A stretch of DNA of 64,000 bases, taken from assembly GCA_944322005.1 (NCBI GenBank), contig CALUNL010000004.1:201850-265849 (forward strand), given 5' to 3'. Origin of the DNA: an uncultured Alistipes sp. GTDB lineage: Bacteria > Bacteroidota > Bacteroidia > Bacteroidales > Rikenellaceae. This document shows, one piece after another, positions 39,639 to 49,811 of this stretch. How positions within the stretch are numbered: the first letter of the stretch is position 1; every line of letters starts with the position of its first letter. Below the pieces are notes generated by a model that was not told where the DNA came from, made no database searches, and worked only from the letters and a program-made list of their open reading frames with translations. Made by a program: the position numbers and the translations under genes.

Positions 39639-40700
39639 ATGAAGAGCATAATCCGCATCGCAATCGTCTCCGCCGCCATACTGCTGGCCACGGGGTGCAA
39701 AAGTTTCAGCACGCTCTCCAACGGGGGCAAAAAGAATGCACAGGGTTCGCCGTACGAACTGCTGGTCGTATGCCAGGGCCCGGAATGGGAAGGCGCCGTC
39801 GGGGAGGAACTGCGCAACATTCTCATGCAGCCCGTTCCGATGATAAACCAGAACGAACCGCTGTTCAACGTGGTCCGCATAACGGCAAACGACTTCAAGA
39901 ACATACTCGTGGCACACCGCAACATCCTCAAGGTCGTGGTGGCGCCGGGACTCGAGGAGTCGTCGATAAAGGTGCAGTACGACGTCGATGCCGCACCGCA
40001 GATCGTGCTCACGCTGCAGGGCCCTTCGCAGCAGTCGATTGTCGACTACCTGCGCCAGAACGGCGACAACCTGCTCTATGTGCTCGAGATGGCGGAACGC
40101 GACCGTACCATAAGTTTCGCCGAACGCCACAACGTCAAGTCGCTGAACGACCTAATCCGCAACATGTTCGGGGTGGAGATGAAGGTTCCGCAGGGCTATG
40201 AGCTGCGCTCGCAGAGCGACGACTTCGTATGGATTTCGTACGAGTTCCCTACATCGAGCCAGGGCTTCTTCATCTACTCCTACCCGTACACCGGCAAGAA
40301 CTCGCTGACGCCGGAAGAGCTTGTGCGCGTGCGCAACATGTTCGCAGGCCGCATCCCGGGACCGTCCGAGGGCTCGTACATGACCACCGTCGACAAGATT
40401 CCGGATGCCGAGTCCGACAAATATGTCCCGTTCACGCCCGACTGCCAGGCCATCCGCATCGGCGACCGGGTATGGCTCAAGATGAGCGGCCTGTGGGAGG
40501 TCGAGAACGACTTCATGGGAGGTCCGTTCGTAAGCTACACCACCGTCAACGAGAACACGGGCCGCGTGCTCACGCTCGACTGCTACGTCTATTCGCCGAA
40601 GATGGGAAAGCGCAACCACCTGCGCGCACTCGAACACCTGGTCTACCTCATGGAGTTTCCGGCAGCACCGGCCGAAAAGGGTGCGGAGGAGAAGAGATAG
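39639..40700 (+). CDS. DUF4837 family lipoprotein
   Basis: Lipobox LATGC; GSPYELLVV, LPQ-like MINQNEPLF and GLWEVENDFMGGPFVSY. Confidence 0.78.
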   Translation: MKSIIRIAIVSAAILLATGCKSFSTLSNGGKKNAQGSPYELLVVCQGPEWEGAVGEELRNILMQPVPMINQNEPLFNVVRITANDFKNILVAHRNILKVVVAPGLEESSIKVQYDVDAAPQIVLTLQGPSQQSIVDYLRQNGDNLLYVLEMAERDRTISFAERHNVKSLNDLIRNMFGVEMKVPQGYELRSQSDDFVWISYEFPTSSQGFFIYSYPYTGKNSLTPEELVRVRNMFAGRIPGPSEGSYMTTVDKIPDAESDKYVPFTPDCQAIRIGDRVWLKMSGLWEVENDFMGGPFVSYTTVNENTGRVLTLDCYVYSPKMGKRNHLRALEHLVYLMEFPAAPAEKGAEEKR

Positions 40701-40722
40701 CCTCTCTGACTGTCAAGGAGAT

Positions 40723-40753
40723 ATCCGGCGCCTTCACGGGTGCCGGATTTTTC
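40723..40753 (+). terminator. Intrinsic terminator
   Basis: ATCCGGCGCC-ttcacg-GGTGCCGGAT followed by TTTT. Confidence 0.7.
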
Positions 40754-40794
40754 ATGCCGTGCGGCTACGGTATTGAAAAAATCAGGCCGATTTA

Positions 40795-40826
40795 TTTGGA
40801 TAATTGGTTTTATTCGGCTATCTTTG
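40795..40826 (+). promoter_or_regulatory. greA promoter
   Basis: TTTG (40795-40798), 20-nt spacer, TATCTTTG (40819-40826): full Bacteroidetes consensus. Confidence 0.8.
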
Positions 40827-40845
40827 TTTCATCAAAATGTGTTTT

Positions 40846-40890
40846 AGGGTTCTAATCTTCGGGTTAGGATTCTTTATTTTTTGTTTTGTT
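40846..40890 (+). promoter_or_regulatory. Terminator-like attenuator in the greA leader
   Basis: AGGGTTCTAATC-TTCG-GGTTAGGATTCT, 12-bp stem with G-U pairs and a cUUCGg loop, then a T-rich tract up to the ATG. Confidence 0.55.
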
Positions 40891-41367
40891 ATGGCAAAGG
40901 AAATTATTTATCTGACAGCGGAAGGTTACAAGAAACTGAAGGAGGAACTCGACCACATGCGTTCCGTGGAGCGGCCTGCGATTTCGGCTGCCATAGCCGA
41001 GGCACGCGACAAGGGCGACCTCTCGGAGAATGCCGAGTACGATGCCGCCCGCGAGGCACAGGGTCTGCTCGAGATGCGCATAGCCAAGATGGAGGATACG
41101 CTGGCCAACGCCCGCATCATCGACGAGAGCAAGATAGACAAGAACAAGGTACAGATACTCAGCCGCGTGACGCTGCTCAACCACAGCAACAACAGGCAGG
41201 TAACCTATACGATAGTATCGGAGAACGAGGCAAACCTCCGCGAGGGCAAGCTCGCAATAGGCACGCCGATAGCCAAAGCCCTGCTGGGAAAGAAGAAGGG
41301 GGATGTGGTGGATGTAACCGTACCGGCCGGAGTGGTGAAGTTCGAGATAATCGACATCTCGATCTGA
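40891..41367 (+). CDS. greA: Transcription elongation factor GreA
   Basis: [19 protein letters not shown] and VTVPAG. Confidence 0.97.
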   Translation: MAKEIIYLTAEGYKKLKEELDHMRSVERPAISAAIAEARDKGDLSENAEYDAAREAQGLLEMRIAKMEDTLANARIIDESKIDKNKVQILSRVTLLNHSNNRQVTYTIVSENEANLREGKLAIGTPIAKALLGKKKGDVVDVTVPAGVVKFEIIDISI

Positions 41368-41408
41368 CGCGATTCACTTCCGGGGATCACCCTATGCGAC
41401 GGGCCCTG

Positions 41409-41879
41409 TCACTCATGGTGATAGGGCTCGTTCCGCAATATGGCAAAAGCCCTGTACAGCTGTTCCGTGAATATTGCCCGCACCATCTGGTGGGAAAAGG
41501 TCATGCGTGACAGCGAAATCCTGAAATCGGAACGCGAATAGACCTCCTCCGAGAAACCGTAAGGCCCGCCTATCACGAATACGAGCCTCTTGAGGCCGCT
41601 GTTCATGCGCCCCTGAATCCACGACGCGAACTCCACCGAGCGGAACTCCCTGCCGCGCTCGTCGAGCAGCACGACATAGTCGCCGTCGGATATCTGTTTC
41701 AGGATGGACTCGCCCTCCATCGTGCGCTGGCGTTTCTGCGAATTGCCCGCGCCGCGCACATCGGGCAGATAGGTAATCGAAAAGCGGCAATAGAAACCGA
41801 GCCGCCTGGAGTAGGTGGCGACGAGCGACTCCACCTCGGAGGAGTCGGTCTTTCCGACGGCTATGAGGTCAATGTTCAT
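41409..41879 (-). CDS. rlmH: 23S rRNA pseudouridine-1915 N3-methyltransferase
   Basis: LIAVGK, LDERG, FVIGGPYG, SRMTFSHQMVR and YRAFAILRNEPYHH. Confidence 0.95.
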   Translation of the reverse strand: MNIDLIAVGKTDSSEVESLVATYSRRLGFYCRFSITYLPDVRGAGNSQKRQRTMEGESILKQISDGDYVVLLDERGREFRSVEFASWIQGRMNSGLKRLVFVIGGPYGFSEEVYSRSDFRISLSRMTFSHQMVRAIFTEQLYRAFAILRNEPYHHE

Positions 41880-43200
41880 CGGCCGCGACACTCTCCACGT
41901 CCGTATTCCACTCCCCTCCGGCGTCCGGACATATCGCCGCACGGGCGTCTCCCGTGGAACGGAACCATTCATAAGTCCTGTAGAGGTTGTAACCGTTGCC
42001 GGCATTGTCGCCGCTCAAGGCATATCCGACGATGCACGGGTGGTTGCGCGTGCGGTAATACATGCCTTTGGTCCGGTCGAGATACTCATCGGCAAGGGCC
42101 GGGTTGTTCGACGGGTTGCCGGAGGCGCTGCGCACGCCGTCGGCAACGGACGGATTGATGTTTGCCCGCTCGATGACGCCTATCCCGAGCTTGTCGCATA
42201 TGTCGTAGAACCAGCGCGGCTGCGGATTGTCGGGAATCACAAGGCTGCGGCCCGAACGCTTCAGCTCCCGCAAATCCCTCTCCGCCTCACTGCGTGTGGA
42301 ACGCGCATTGTACCGCACGGCCTTCTGCGCAATCTTATGTCCGTTGCGAAGAATTGAGCCGTCGGCATGGGTGCTCTCCCCCATTCCGATACGGAACGGG
42401 ATATACTCGCGCGGTTTGCCGGCACGGCGCACAAAGAGCATCATGCTGTAGAGCGGGGCCTTGCCGCCGCCCCACAGGAAGCGCGATGCCTCCCCGAGGT
42501 TGCGGGTCATGCGCAGCGTGTCGCGCGAGCGGCCGGGAACCGTCACCTCGTGCATGCCGTAGTCGAGCAGTTTGCCCTCCGGCGAATATATGTCGTAGCA
42601 TATGTCCAGCCCCTGCGGGCTCGGGAACGAATTCGAGGAGATGATATCGAGCGTCAGTATCGCGTTCCGGCCGGTCGAGTCGGGAAGGATACGCGCGTCG
42701 TAGTCGAAGACATGTATGCGGTACTGCGCAAAGATGCAGCACCCTTCGAACTGCGCGCACAGGTTTCCCGTGGCACCGTCGCTGAGCTCCGGCACGGCCG
42801 AACGGCGCAGCAGCAGCGCGATGTCGTTGCCGCCCTGACGGAGATATGGCGAAAGGAGGAAGTCGGCCGGCGTATAGGCATCCTCGACCGATGCCACGAT
42901 GCGCCCGTTAACGGCAACGTCATAGGCCTTTATGGTATTCTCGACATGGAGGTAGACATCGTAGTCGCTCCACGAGGTCGGGATCTCGACATGCTCCGAA
43001 ACGGTCTCCGTCCTGCCTATCATGCCTGCTGGCTGCGGACGATACGGCAGATAGTGGCTGAAGGCCGACGAATCGCCGGACAGCGCGCCCTCGCGCGTGT
43101 CGAACGGGATGAACTCCGTCCGATATACCCTCGCCGACTGTCCGAAAGCGACAGCCGCACACGATACGGCGAGAAGCACCGACACCATGAATCTTCTCAT
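41869..43200 (-). CDS. GH2 beta-galactosidase-like protein, truncated and apparently non-catalytic
   Basis: Signal peptide, GH2 sugar-binding and Ig-like domains, partial TIM barrel (FYDICDKLG, RNHPCI); catalytic motifs degenerate. Confidence 0.72.
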   Translation of the reverse strand: MRRFMVSVLLAVSCAAVAFGQSARVYRTEFIPFDTREGALSGDSSAFSHYLPYRPQPAGMIGRTETVSEHVEIPTSWSDYDVYLHVENTIKAYDVAVNGRIVASVEDAYTPADFLLSPYLRQGGNDIALLLRRSAVPELSDGATGNLCAQFEGCCIFAQYRIHVFDYDARILPDSTGRNAILTLDIISSNSFPSPQGLDICYDIYSPEGKLLDYGMHEVTVPGRSRDTLRMTRNLGEASRFLWGGGKAPLYSMMLFVRRAGKPREYIPFRIGMGESTHADGSILRNGHKIAQKAVRYNARSTRSEAERDLRELKRSGRSLVIPDNPQPRWFYDICDKLGIGVIERANINPSVADGVRSASGNPSNNPALADEYLDRTKGMYYRTRNHPCIVGYALSGDNAGNGYNLYRTYEWFRSTGDARAAICPDAGGEWNTDVESVAADEH

Positions 43201-43533
43201 CTTGCAAAAAATTTGTTCTGTCGGCAAAGATAAGAGAACTCGCAGAAATCGGCAAATTTACGACGCCCAAAACTCGACTGAATGCAAGCAATGCCATCGG
43301 CGCCTCCGCAACGGCCGTCCGGCGGACAAAGCGCATGCAATTCAGCCCACCGGGCACGGGCACGGAGCCCCGACGGGCCGTAAAAGCTTTATTTTCGGCA
43401 GTTGCGGCCTTTTCGCTTGCCGCTTCCGAGTTTATTTTGTAATTTTGCGGATTGTGACGCGTATGTGCATCGTGAATGCGCACGCGCGAAACGGACACGG
43501 ACAGGAACAAAAGTCAAACAAAAATACGAAACC

Positions 43534-44913
43534 ATGAGAATCTCTCAACTGTTGAAATCAACCGAATACGGCTCCAAAGTCACCGTAAAGGGTTGGGTAC
43601 GCACCAAACGCGGCAACAAGAACGTGGCCTTCATCGCACTGAACGACGGTTCGTGCGTGGCCAACATACAGATAGTGGCCGACCTTGCGAAGATATCCGA
43701 CGAGCAGCTCAAGCCCGTGACCACCGGAGCCTGCATCCGTGTGGACGGAACCCTCGTCGAGAGCCTCGGCAAGGGCCAGGGCGTAGAGGTGCAGGCCGAC
43801 ACCATCGAGATCTACGGCACAGCCGATCCGGACACATACCCGCTGCAGAAGAAGGGGCACTCGCTCGAGTTCCTGCGCGACATCGCATACCTGCGTCCGC
43901 GCACCAACACCTTCGGAGCGATACTCCGAATCCGCCACGCGATGGCATTCGCCATACACAAATACTTCAACGACAACGGTTTCTACTACCTCCACACGCC
44001 GCTCATAACGGCATCCGACTGCGAAGGCGCAGGAGCCATGTTCCAGGTGACGACGCTCGACATGAACAATCTCCCGAAGACCGAAGACGGAAAGGTCGAC
44101 TACTCGCAGGACTTCTTCGGAAAGTCGTGCAGCCTGACCGTGTCGGGCCAGCTCGAGGGCGAGCTCGGAGCGCTGTCGCTCGGACGCATATACACCTTCG
44201 GACCGACGTTCCGCGCCGAGAACTCCAACACCCCGCGCCATCTGGCCGAGTTCTGGATGATTGAGCCGGAGATGGCCTTCTACGAGCTGGAGGACAACAT
44301 GGAGCTGGCCGAGGACTTCCTCAAGTACCTCATACGCTATGCCCTCGAGAACTGCCGCGAGGACCTCGAGTTCATGGACAAGATGTGGGACAACGGACTC
44401 ATAGAGCGACTCAAATCGGTCATCGCCTGCGACTTCGTAAGGCTCGACTACACCGAGGGCATCCGTATCCTGAAGGAGTCGGGACGCAAGTTCGAGTTCC
44501 CGTGCGACTGGGGCTGCGACCTCCAGAGCGAGCACGAGCGCTACCTCGTGGAGGAGCACTTCAAGCGTCCGGTGATACTGATAAACTACCCGAAGGAGAT
44601 AAAGGCCTTCTACATGAAGCTCAACGACGACGGCAAGACGGTACGCGCAATGGATGTTTTGTTCCCGAAAATAGGCGAAATCATAGGCGGTTCGGAACGC
44701 GAGGCCGACTATGGCAAGCTTAGTGCAAGGGTGAAAGAGTTGAACATCCCGGAAAAGGACATATGGTGGTATCTTGACACGCGCCGCTGGGGCTCGGCGC
44801 CGCACTCGGGATTCGGTCTCGGATTCGAGAGGCTGCTGCTCTTCGTCACGGGCATGGGTAACATCCGCGACGTGATACCGTTCCCTCGCACGCCGAAGAA
44901 TGCGGAGTTCTGA
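43534..44913 (+). CDS. asnS: Asparagine-tRNA ligase
   Basis: [46 protein letters not shown] and GLGFERL. Confidence 0.97.
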   Translation: MRISQLLKSTEYGSKVTVKGWVRTKRGNKNVAFIALNDGSCVANIQIVADLAKISDEQLKPVTTGACIRVDGTLVESLGKGQGVEVQADTIEIYGTADPDTYPLQKKGHSLEFLRDIAYLRPRTNTFGAILRIRHAMAFAIHKYFNDNGFYYLHTPLITASDCEGAGAMFQVTTLDMNNLPKTEDGKVDYSQDFFGKSCSLTVSGQLEGELGALSLGRIYTFGPTFRAENSNTPRHLAEFWMIEPEMAFYELEDNMELAEDFLKYLIRYALENCREDLEFMDKMWDNGLIERLKSVIACDFVRLDYTEGIRILKESGRKFEFPCDWGCDLQSEHERYLVEEHFKRPVILINYPKEIKAFYMKLNDDGKTVRAMDVLFPKIGEIIGGSEREADYGKLSARVKELNIPEKDIWWYLDTRRWGSAPHSGFGLGFERLLLFVTGMGNIRDVIPFPRTPKNAEF

Positions 44914-44983
44914 TCTCCGCGCTCCTGCAGCCTGATTCCGGGTCGACGAAAGCAAACAGAAACCAAGGAGTAATCCCGCACAG

Positions 44984-46408
44984 ATGATACTGAATCAGAC
45001 ACAATCGCTGTCGATGCAACAGAAGCTGTCGCCGCAGCAAATCCAGATGATAAAACTTCTGGAGCTGCCGACCGCCATGCTCGAACAGCGCATAAAGCAG
45101 GAGATAGAGGAGAACATCGTCCTCGAGGAGGAACAGCCATCCGAGGAGGAGGCCGAACAGCCGAAGCAGATATCGATGGACGAATACCTGCGTGAGGACG
45201 ACACGCCTTCGTACAAAAGCCGCATCAACAACTTCTCGAAGGACGACCGCCCGCGCAACATCCAGATATCCGGAGGGCGCACCCTCCAGGAGTCGCTCAT
45301 AGAGCAGCTTGGGTTCAGGAATCTCTCCGAAAGGGAGATGCAGCTGGCGACATTCATCGTCGGGAGCATCGACAACGACGGCTATCTGCGCCGCGACCTC
45401 GAATCGCTCTCGGACGACATTGCCTTCACGCTCGGCATCGAGACCTCGGCCGCAGAGCTCGAGCGGCTGCTCGGAATAATCCAGCACCTGGAGCCTGTCG
45501 GCGTCGGTGCGCGAGACCTGCGCGAGTCGCTGTTGCTGCAACTTTGCCAGAACCCGCTGGACACCGACGCGAAGAAACTCGCCAAACGCATCCTCACATC
45601 GCATTTCGACGAGTTCGTGAAGAAGCACTACGAACGGCTGATAGCCCGTTTCGGAGTCAGCGAACAGGAGTTCCGCGAAGCGGTGCACGAGATACAGAGG
45701 CTCTCGCCGAAGCCGGGGAACCTCTATTCGGAGGAGGGTTCCGACACGGCACCGTACATAATCCCCGACTTCCTGCTCGACTACCACGACGGGAAGTTCG
45801 ACCTCTCGCTCAACTCCTACAACATCCCCGAGCTGAAGATCAACCGCCACTACATGGAGGTAATCCGCAACATGATGGGACAGCCCGACGGCAAGCTGAG
45901 CGACAAGGACAAGGAGGCCGTACAGTTCGTGAAGAGCAAGATCGACTCGGCCAAGTGGTTCATGTCCGCAATAAAGCAGCGGCACGACACCCTCATGCGC
46001 ACCATGCGCACGATACTCGACTACCAGCAGGAGTACTTCAAGGAGGGTGACCGCAGCAAACTGCGCCCGATGATCCTGAAGGACATCGCCGACCGCACGG
46101 GGCTCGACGTCTCGACCATATCGCGCGTGGTGAACAGCAAATACGTGCAGACGCACTTCGGCATAATACTGTTGAAATCGCTCTTCTCGGAGGCGATGCA
46201 GACAACAAGCGGCGAGGAGGTGTCGAGCTACGAGATAAAGAACATCCTGCAGGAGTGCATCGACGGCGAGGACAAGCGCCACCCGCTCACGGACGAGGTT
46301 CTGATGAACATTCTCAACGAGAAGGGGTACTGCATAGCCCGACGCACGGTGGCCAAGTACCGCGAGATGCTCAACATACCGGTCGCCCGCCTGCGCAAGC
46401 AGATTTGA
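44984..46408 (+). CDS. rpoN: RNA polymerase sigma-54 factor
   Basis: Gln-rich region I, GARDLRESLLLQL, STISRV and RpoN box ARRTVAKYRE. Confidence 0.97.
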   Translation: MILNQTQSLSMQQKLSPQQIQMIKLLELPTAMLEQRIKQEIEENIVLEEEQPSEEEAEQPKQISMDEYLREDDTPSYKSRINNFSKDDRPRNIQISGGRTLQESLIEQLGFRNLSEREMQLATFIVGSIDNDGYLRRDLESLSDDIAFTLGIETSAAELERLLGIIQHLEPVGVGARDLRESLLLQLCQNPLDTDAKKLAKRILTSHFDEFVKKHYERLIARFGVSEQEFREAVHEIQRLSPKPGNLYSEEGSDTAPYIIPDFLLDYHDGKFDLSLNSYNIPELKINRHYMEVIRNMMGQPDGKLSDKDKEAVQFVKSKIDSAKWFMSAIKQRHDTLMRTMRTILDYQQEYFKEGDRSKLRPMILKDIADRTGLDVSTISRVVNSKYVQTHFGIILLKSLFSEAMQTTSGEEVSSYEIKNILQECIDGEDKRHPLTDEVLMNILNEKGYCIARRTVAKYREMLNIPVARLRKQI

Positions 46409-46434
46409 CGGGGCCGGGACCCGAAAACAAGAGA

Positions 46435-47541
46435 ATGATGAAACCCGAACACAAAAAGTACGAATACCTGATTGTGGGGGCCGGACTCTTCGGCGCCACG
46501 GCGGCATACCGCCTGCGGCAGCAGGGGCGCCGTGCGCTGGTCGTCGACCGCCGCACGCACACGGGAGGAAACATCCGCTGCGAGAACGAGGATGGGATAA
46601 ACGTCCACCGCTACGGTGCGCACATCTTCCACACGTCGAACCGCCGCGTATGGGAGTTCGTCAATTCGCTTGTCGAGTTCCGCAGTTTCATCAACTCCCC
46701 GATAGCCAACTTCCACGGCAGGCTCTACAACCTGCCCTTCAACATGAACACCTTCCATGCGCTGTGGGGCGTGACCACGCCGGGACAGGCCCGCGCCGAG
46801 ATCGAGCGGCAGCGGCTCGAGGCCGGCATCGGTGAGCCGTCGAACCTCGAGGAGCAGGCCATAGCGCTCGTCGGCACGGACATCTACCGCACGCTGGTGG
46901 AGGGTTACACCGAGAAGCAGTGGGGGCGTCCCTGCCGGGAACTTCCGCCGGAGATAATACGCCGGCTTCCGGTGCGTTTCACCTTCGACAACAACTATTT
47001 CAACGACACATACCAGGGCATCCCCGCCGGCGGCTACAACCGCCTTACGGATGCACTGCTGGAGGGGACCGAGGTCCGGCTCGGGTGCGACTTCATCGAG
47101 CACCGCGCCGAACTGGAGGAGCTCTCCGAAAAGACGCTCTACACGGGCGAGATAGACCGCTTCTACGACTACCGGTTCGGGCATCTGGAGTACCGCTCCC
47201 TGCGCTTCGAGAGCCGGAGGCTCGAGGAGGAGAACTTCCAGGGCGTGGCCGTGATGAACTTCACCGACCGCGAAACACCGTACACGCGGATCATCGAGCA
47301 CAAGCACTTCGAGGGTGCGAAGACACCGCATACGGTCATAACGTACGAATACCCGCAGGCGTGGACGCCCGGGATGGAGCCATACTACCCTATCAACGAC
47401 GCCCGCAACACGGCCATCTATGAGAAGTACCGCGACGCGGCCTCGCACGACGGCCGTACGGTATTCGGCGGACGACTTGCGGAGTACCGCTACTACGACA
47501 TGCACCAGGTGATAGAGCGTGCACTCGACATCGAACTCTGA
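46435..47541 (+). CDS. glf: UDP-galactopyranose mutase
   Basis: IVGAGLFG, GGN, YGAHIFHT, YTEKQWG, EPYYP and GRLAEYRYYDM. Confidence 0.95.
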   Translation: MMKPEHKKYEYLIVGAGLFGATAAYRLRQQGRRALVVDRRTHTGGNIRCENEDGINVHRYGAHIFHTSNRRVWEFVNSLVEFRSFINSPIANFHGRLYNLPFNMNTFHALWGVTTPGQARAEIERQRLEAGIGEPSNLEEQAIALVGTDIYRTLVEGYTEKQWGRPCRELPPEIIRRLPVRFTFDNNYFNDTYQGIPAGGYNRLTDALLEGTEVRLGCDFIEHRAELEELSEKTLYTGEIDRFYDYRFGHLEYRSLRFESRRLEEENFQGVAVMNFTDRETPYTRIIEHKHFEGAKTPHTVITYEYPQAWTPGMEPYYPINDARNTAIYEKYRDAASHDGRTVFGGRLAEYRYYDMHQVIERALDIEL

Positions 47542-47558
47542 AGAAACTAAACCCGAAT

Positions 47559-48722
47559 ATGAAAAACGACATATCGAAATCGATTCTCGGCATAGGGGCC
47601 GAAGACACGACAATAGACCTGTTCGAGGGCAAATACGCCGTACCGGAGGGTATATCGTACAACTCATACGTCATACTCGACGACAAGATCGCCGTCATGG
47701 ACACCATCGACGCGCGCAAGACCGACGAGTGGCTCCAGAACCTGCAGCGTGCGCTCGGCGGACGCACCCCATACTGCGTGGTGGTGTCGCACATGGAGCC
47801 CGACCACGCCGCAAGCCTGCAGCGCCTTGCGGTGACATATCCCGACATCCGGATAGTCGGCAACGCCAAGACCTTCGCGATGATACCGAGGTTCTTCGAC
47901 ATCGACCGTCTCGACGAGCGCAAGATCGTCGTCGGCGAGGGCGACACACTCGAACTCGGCAGTCACAGGCTGCACTTCGTCATGGCGCCGATGGTGCACT
48001 GGCCGGAGGTCATGGTAACCTACGAGGAGAGCGAGAAGGTGCTCTTCAGCGCCGACGCATTCGGCAAGTTCGGACTCTCGGAGGATATGGGCGAGTGGCT
48101 CGACGAGGCTCGCCGCTACTATATCAACATCGTCGGCAAGTACGGGGTGCAGGTGCAGACGCTGCTGCGCAAGGCCGCCTCGCTCGACATCCGCACCATC
48201 GCTCCGCTCCACGGACCGGTGATTCGCGAAGATACAGGCCGTTACGTCAGCCTCTACGACACATGGAGTGCATACCGTCCGGAGGAGGAGGGAGTGCTCA
48301 TAGCCTACGCCTCGATATACGGCAATACGGCCAGGGCCGCACGGCTACTCGCCGACATGCTCTCACGGCGCGGCGTCGGCAACATCGCCCTGCGCGACCT
48401 CGCGCGCGACGACTCATCGGAGGCTCTGGCACAGGCATTCCGCTTCGACCGCGTGGTGCTCGCCGCATCGACCTACGATGCCGGAATATTCACCCCGATG
48501 GAGGAGTTCATCACGCTGCTCTGCCGCAAGAATTTCCAGAACCGCCGCGCAGGACTCATCGAAAACGGCTCATGGGCACCGGCCGCAGGACGCAAGATGC
48601 ACGAGATGCTGTCGCAGATGAAAAACATCGACATCTGCCCGACGATGGTCTCCATATGTTCTGCCGTAAAGCCGTGCGACACGGAGGCGCTGGAACGGCT
48701 GGCCGACGAACTCACAGCCTGA
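47559..48722 (+). CDS. fprA: Flavodiiron protein (FprA, A-type flavoprotein)
   Basis: SYNSY, SHMEPDH, HWPE, FSADAFG, APLHG and flavodoxin YASIYGNT. Confidence 0.93.
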   Translation: MKNDISKSILGIGAEDTTIDLFEGKYAVPEGISYNSYVILDDKIAVMDTIDARKTDEWLQNLQRALGGRTPYCVVVSHMEPDHAASLQRLAVTYPDIRIVGNAKTFAMIPRFFDIDRLDERKIVVGEGDTLELGSHRLHFVMAPMVHWPEVMVTYEESEKVLFSADAFGKFGLSEDMGEWLDEARRYYINIVGKYGVQVQTLLRKAASLDIRTIAPLHGPVIREDTGRYVSLYDTWSAYRPEEEGVLIAYASIYGNTARAARLLADMLSRRGVGNIALRDLARDDSSEALAQAFRFDRVVLAASTYDAGIFTPMEEFITLLCRKNFQNRRAGLIENGSWAPAAGRKMHEMLSQMKNIDICPTMVSICSAVKPCDTEALERLADELTA

Positions 48723-48776
48723 CATCCTGCGACCGGAAGGGCGCAAAGGGGACAACGACCCGGCACACATTACACA

Positions 48777-48812
48777 GACGGGCGGCACTTTTCGGTGCCG
48801 CCCGTCCTCTTT
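48777..48812. terminator. Bidirectional terminator
   Basis: GACGGGCGGCAC-ttttcg-GTGCCGCCCGTC, 12-bp stem. Confidence 0.75.
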
Positions 48813-48829
48813 TAGGGTATTGTGTCGAG

Positions 48830-49783
48830 TTAAAGAGCTCCGATCTCATGAAGCGCGCCGTTGACCTTGCGCACTGCATCTGCCGATGCGGCGAACTTGG
48901 CGGCCTCCTCCTTGGTAAGGTCTATCTTGATTATCTTCTCGATGCCCTTGCGGCCGAGAACTACCGGAACACCTATGCAGATGTCGTTCTGTCCGTACTC
49001 GCCCTCGAGGTATACCGAGCAAGGGATGATTGCCTTGGTGTCGTTGATGATGGCATCTACGACCGATGCTCCGGCCGCACCCGGTGCGTACCATGCGGAC
49101 GTTCCGAGGAGCTTGGTGAGGGTTGCGCCTCCGACCATGGTGTCGGCGACAACCTGTGCAAGCTTCTTCTTCGAGATGAGCTTTGTTACCGGAACTCCCT
49201 TTATCGAAGCCTTCGAAACGAGCGGAATCATGGTCGTGTCGCCGTGGCCGCCGATGACCATTCCGTCGATATCCTGTATGCCTGCGCCCGAAGCCTTCGA
49301 GAGGTAGCAGCGGAAACGCGACGAGTCGAGTGCACCGCCCATGCCGATTATACGGCGCTTCGGAATACCTGCGGCCTTGAGTGCCAGATAGGTCATCGTA
49401 TCCATCGGGTTGGAGATGATTACGAATACCGCCTTCGGCGACCACTTGATGGCATTGGCAACAACACCCTTCACGATGTTGGCATTGATGCCGATGAGCT
49501 CCTCACGGGTCATTCCCGGCTTGCGCGGAATGCCGGAGGTGATGACTACGACGTCGGAATTGGCCGTAGCCTTGTATCCTGCCGCATCCGTTGCGGTCAC
49601 GCCGACCAGCTTGGTCTTGTAGCCCGACGTTGCCGATGCCTGGAACATGTCGAGCATCTTTCCCTCGGAAAGGCCCTCCTTGATGTCCACCAGGACGACT
49701 TCGCTTGCTATGTTACGGCAAGCCAACACATTGGCGCAAGTGGCTCCGACCATACCTGCGCCGACAACTGTTACTTTCGACAT
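48830..49783 (-). CDS. mdh: Malate dehydrogenase (LDH-like)
   Basis: GAGxVG, PRKPGMTR (malate-specifying Arg), SNPMD, LDSSR and GGHGD. Confidence 0.93.
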   Translation of the reverse strand: MSKVTVVGAGMVGATCANVLACRNIASEVVLVDIKEGLSEGKMLDMFQASATSGYKTKLVGVTATDAAGYKATANSDVVVITSGIPRKPGMTREELIGINANIVKGVVANAIKWSPKAVFVIISNPMDTMTYLALKAAGIPKRRIIGMGGALDSSRFRCYLSKASGAGIQDIDGMVIGGHGDTTMIPLVSKASIKGVPVTKLISKKKLAQVVADTMVGGATLTKLLGTSAWYAPGAAGASVVDAIINDTKAIIPCSVYLEGEYGQNDICIGVPVVLGRKGIEKIIKIDLTKEEAAKFAASADAVRKVNGALHEIGAL

Positions 49784-49811
49784 AATTTGGTATTTTTAGT
49801 TAAACCTCTTC

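Noticed and set aside
43201-43533. 330-nt intergenic region as a candidate sRNA
   Set aside because: Explained by divergent promoters (43225-43232 minus, 43440-43447 plus); only short, weak hairpins
47519-48722. Possible frameshift or read-through joining glf and fprA
   Set aside because: Both genes are complete, with their own start and stop codons
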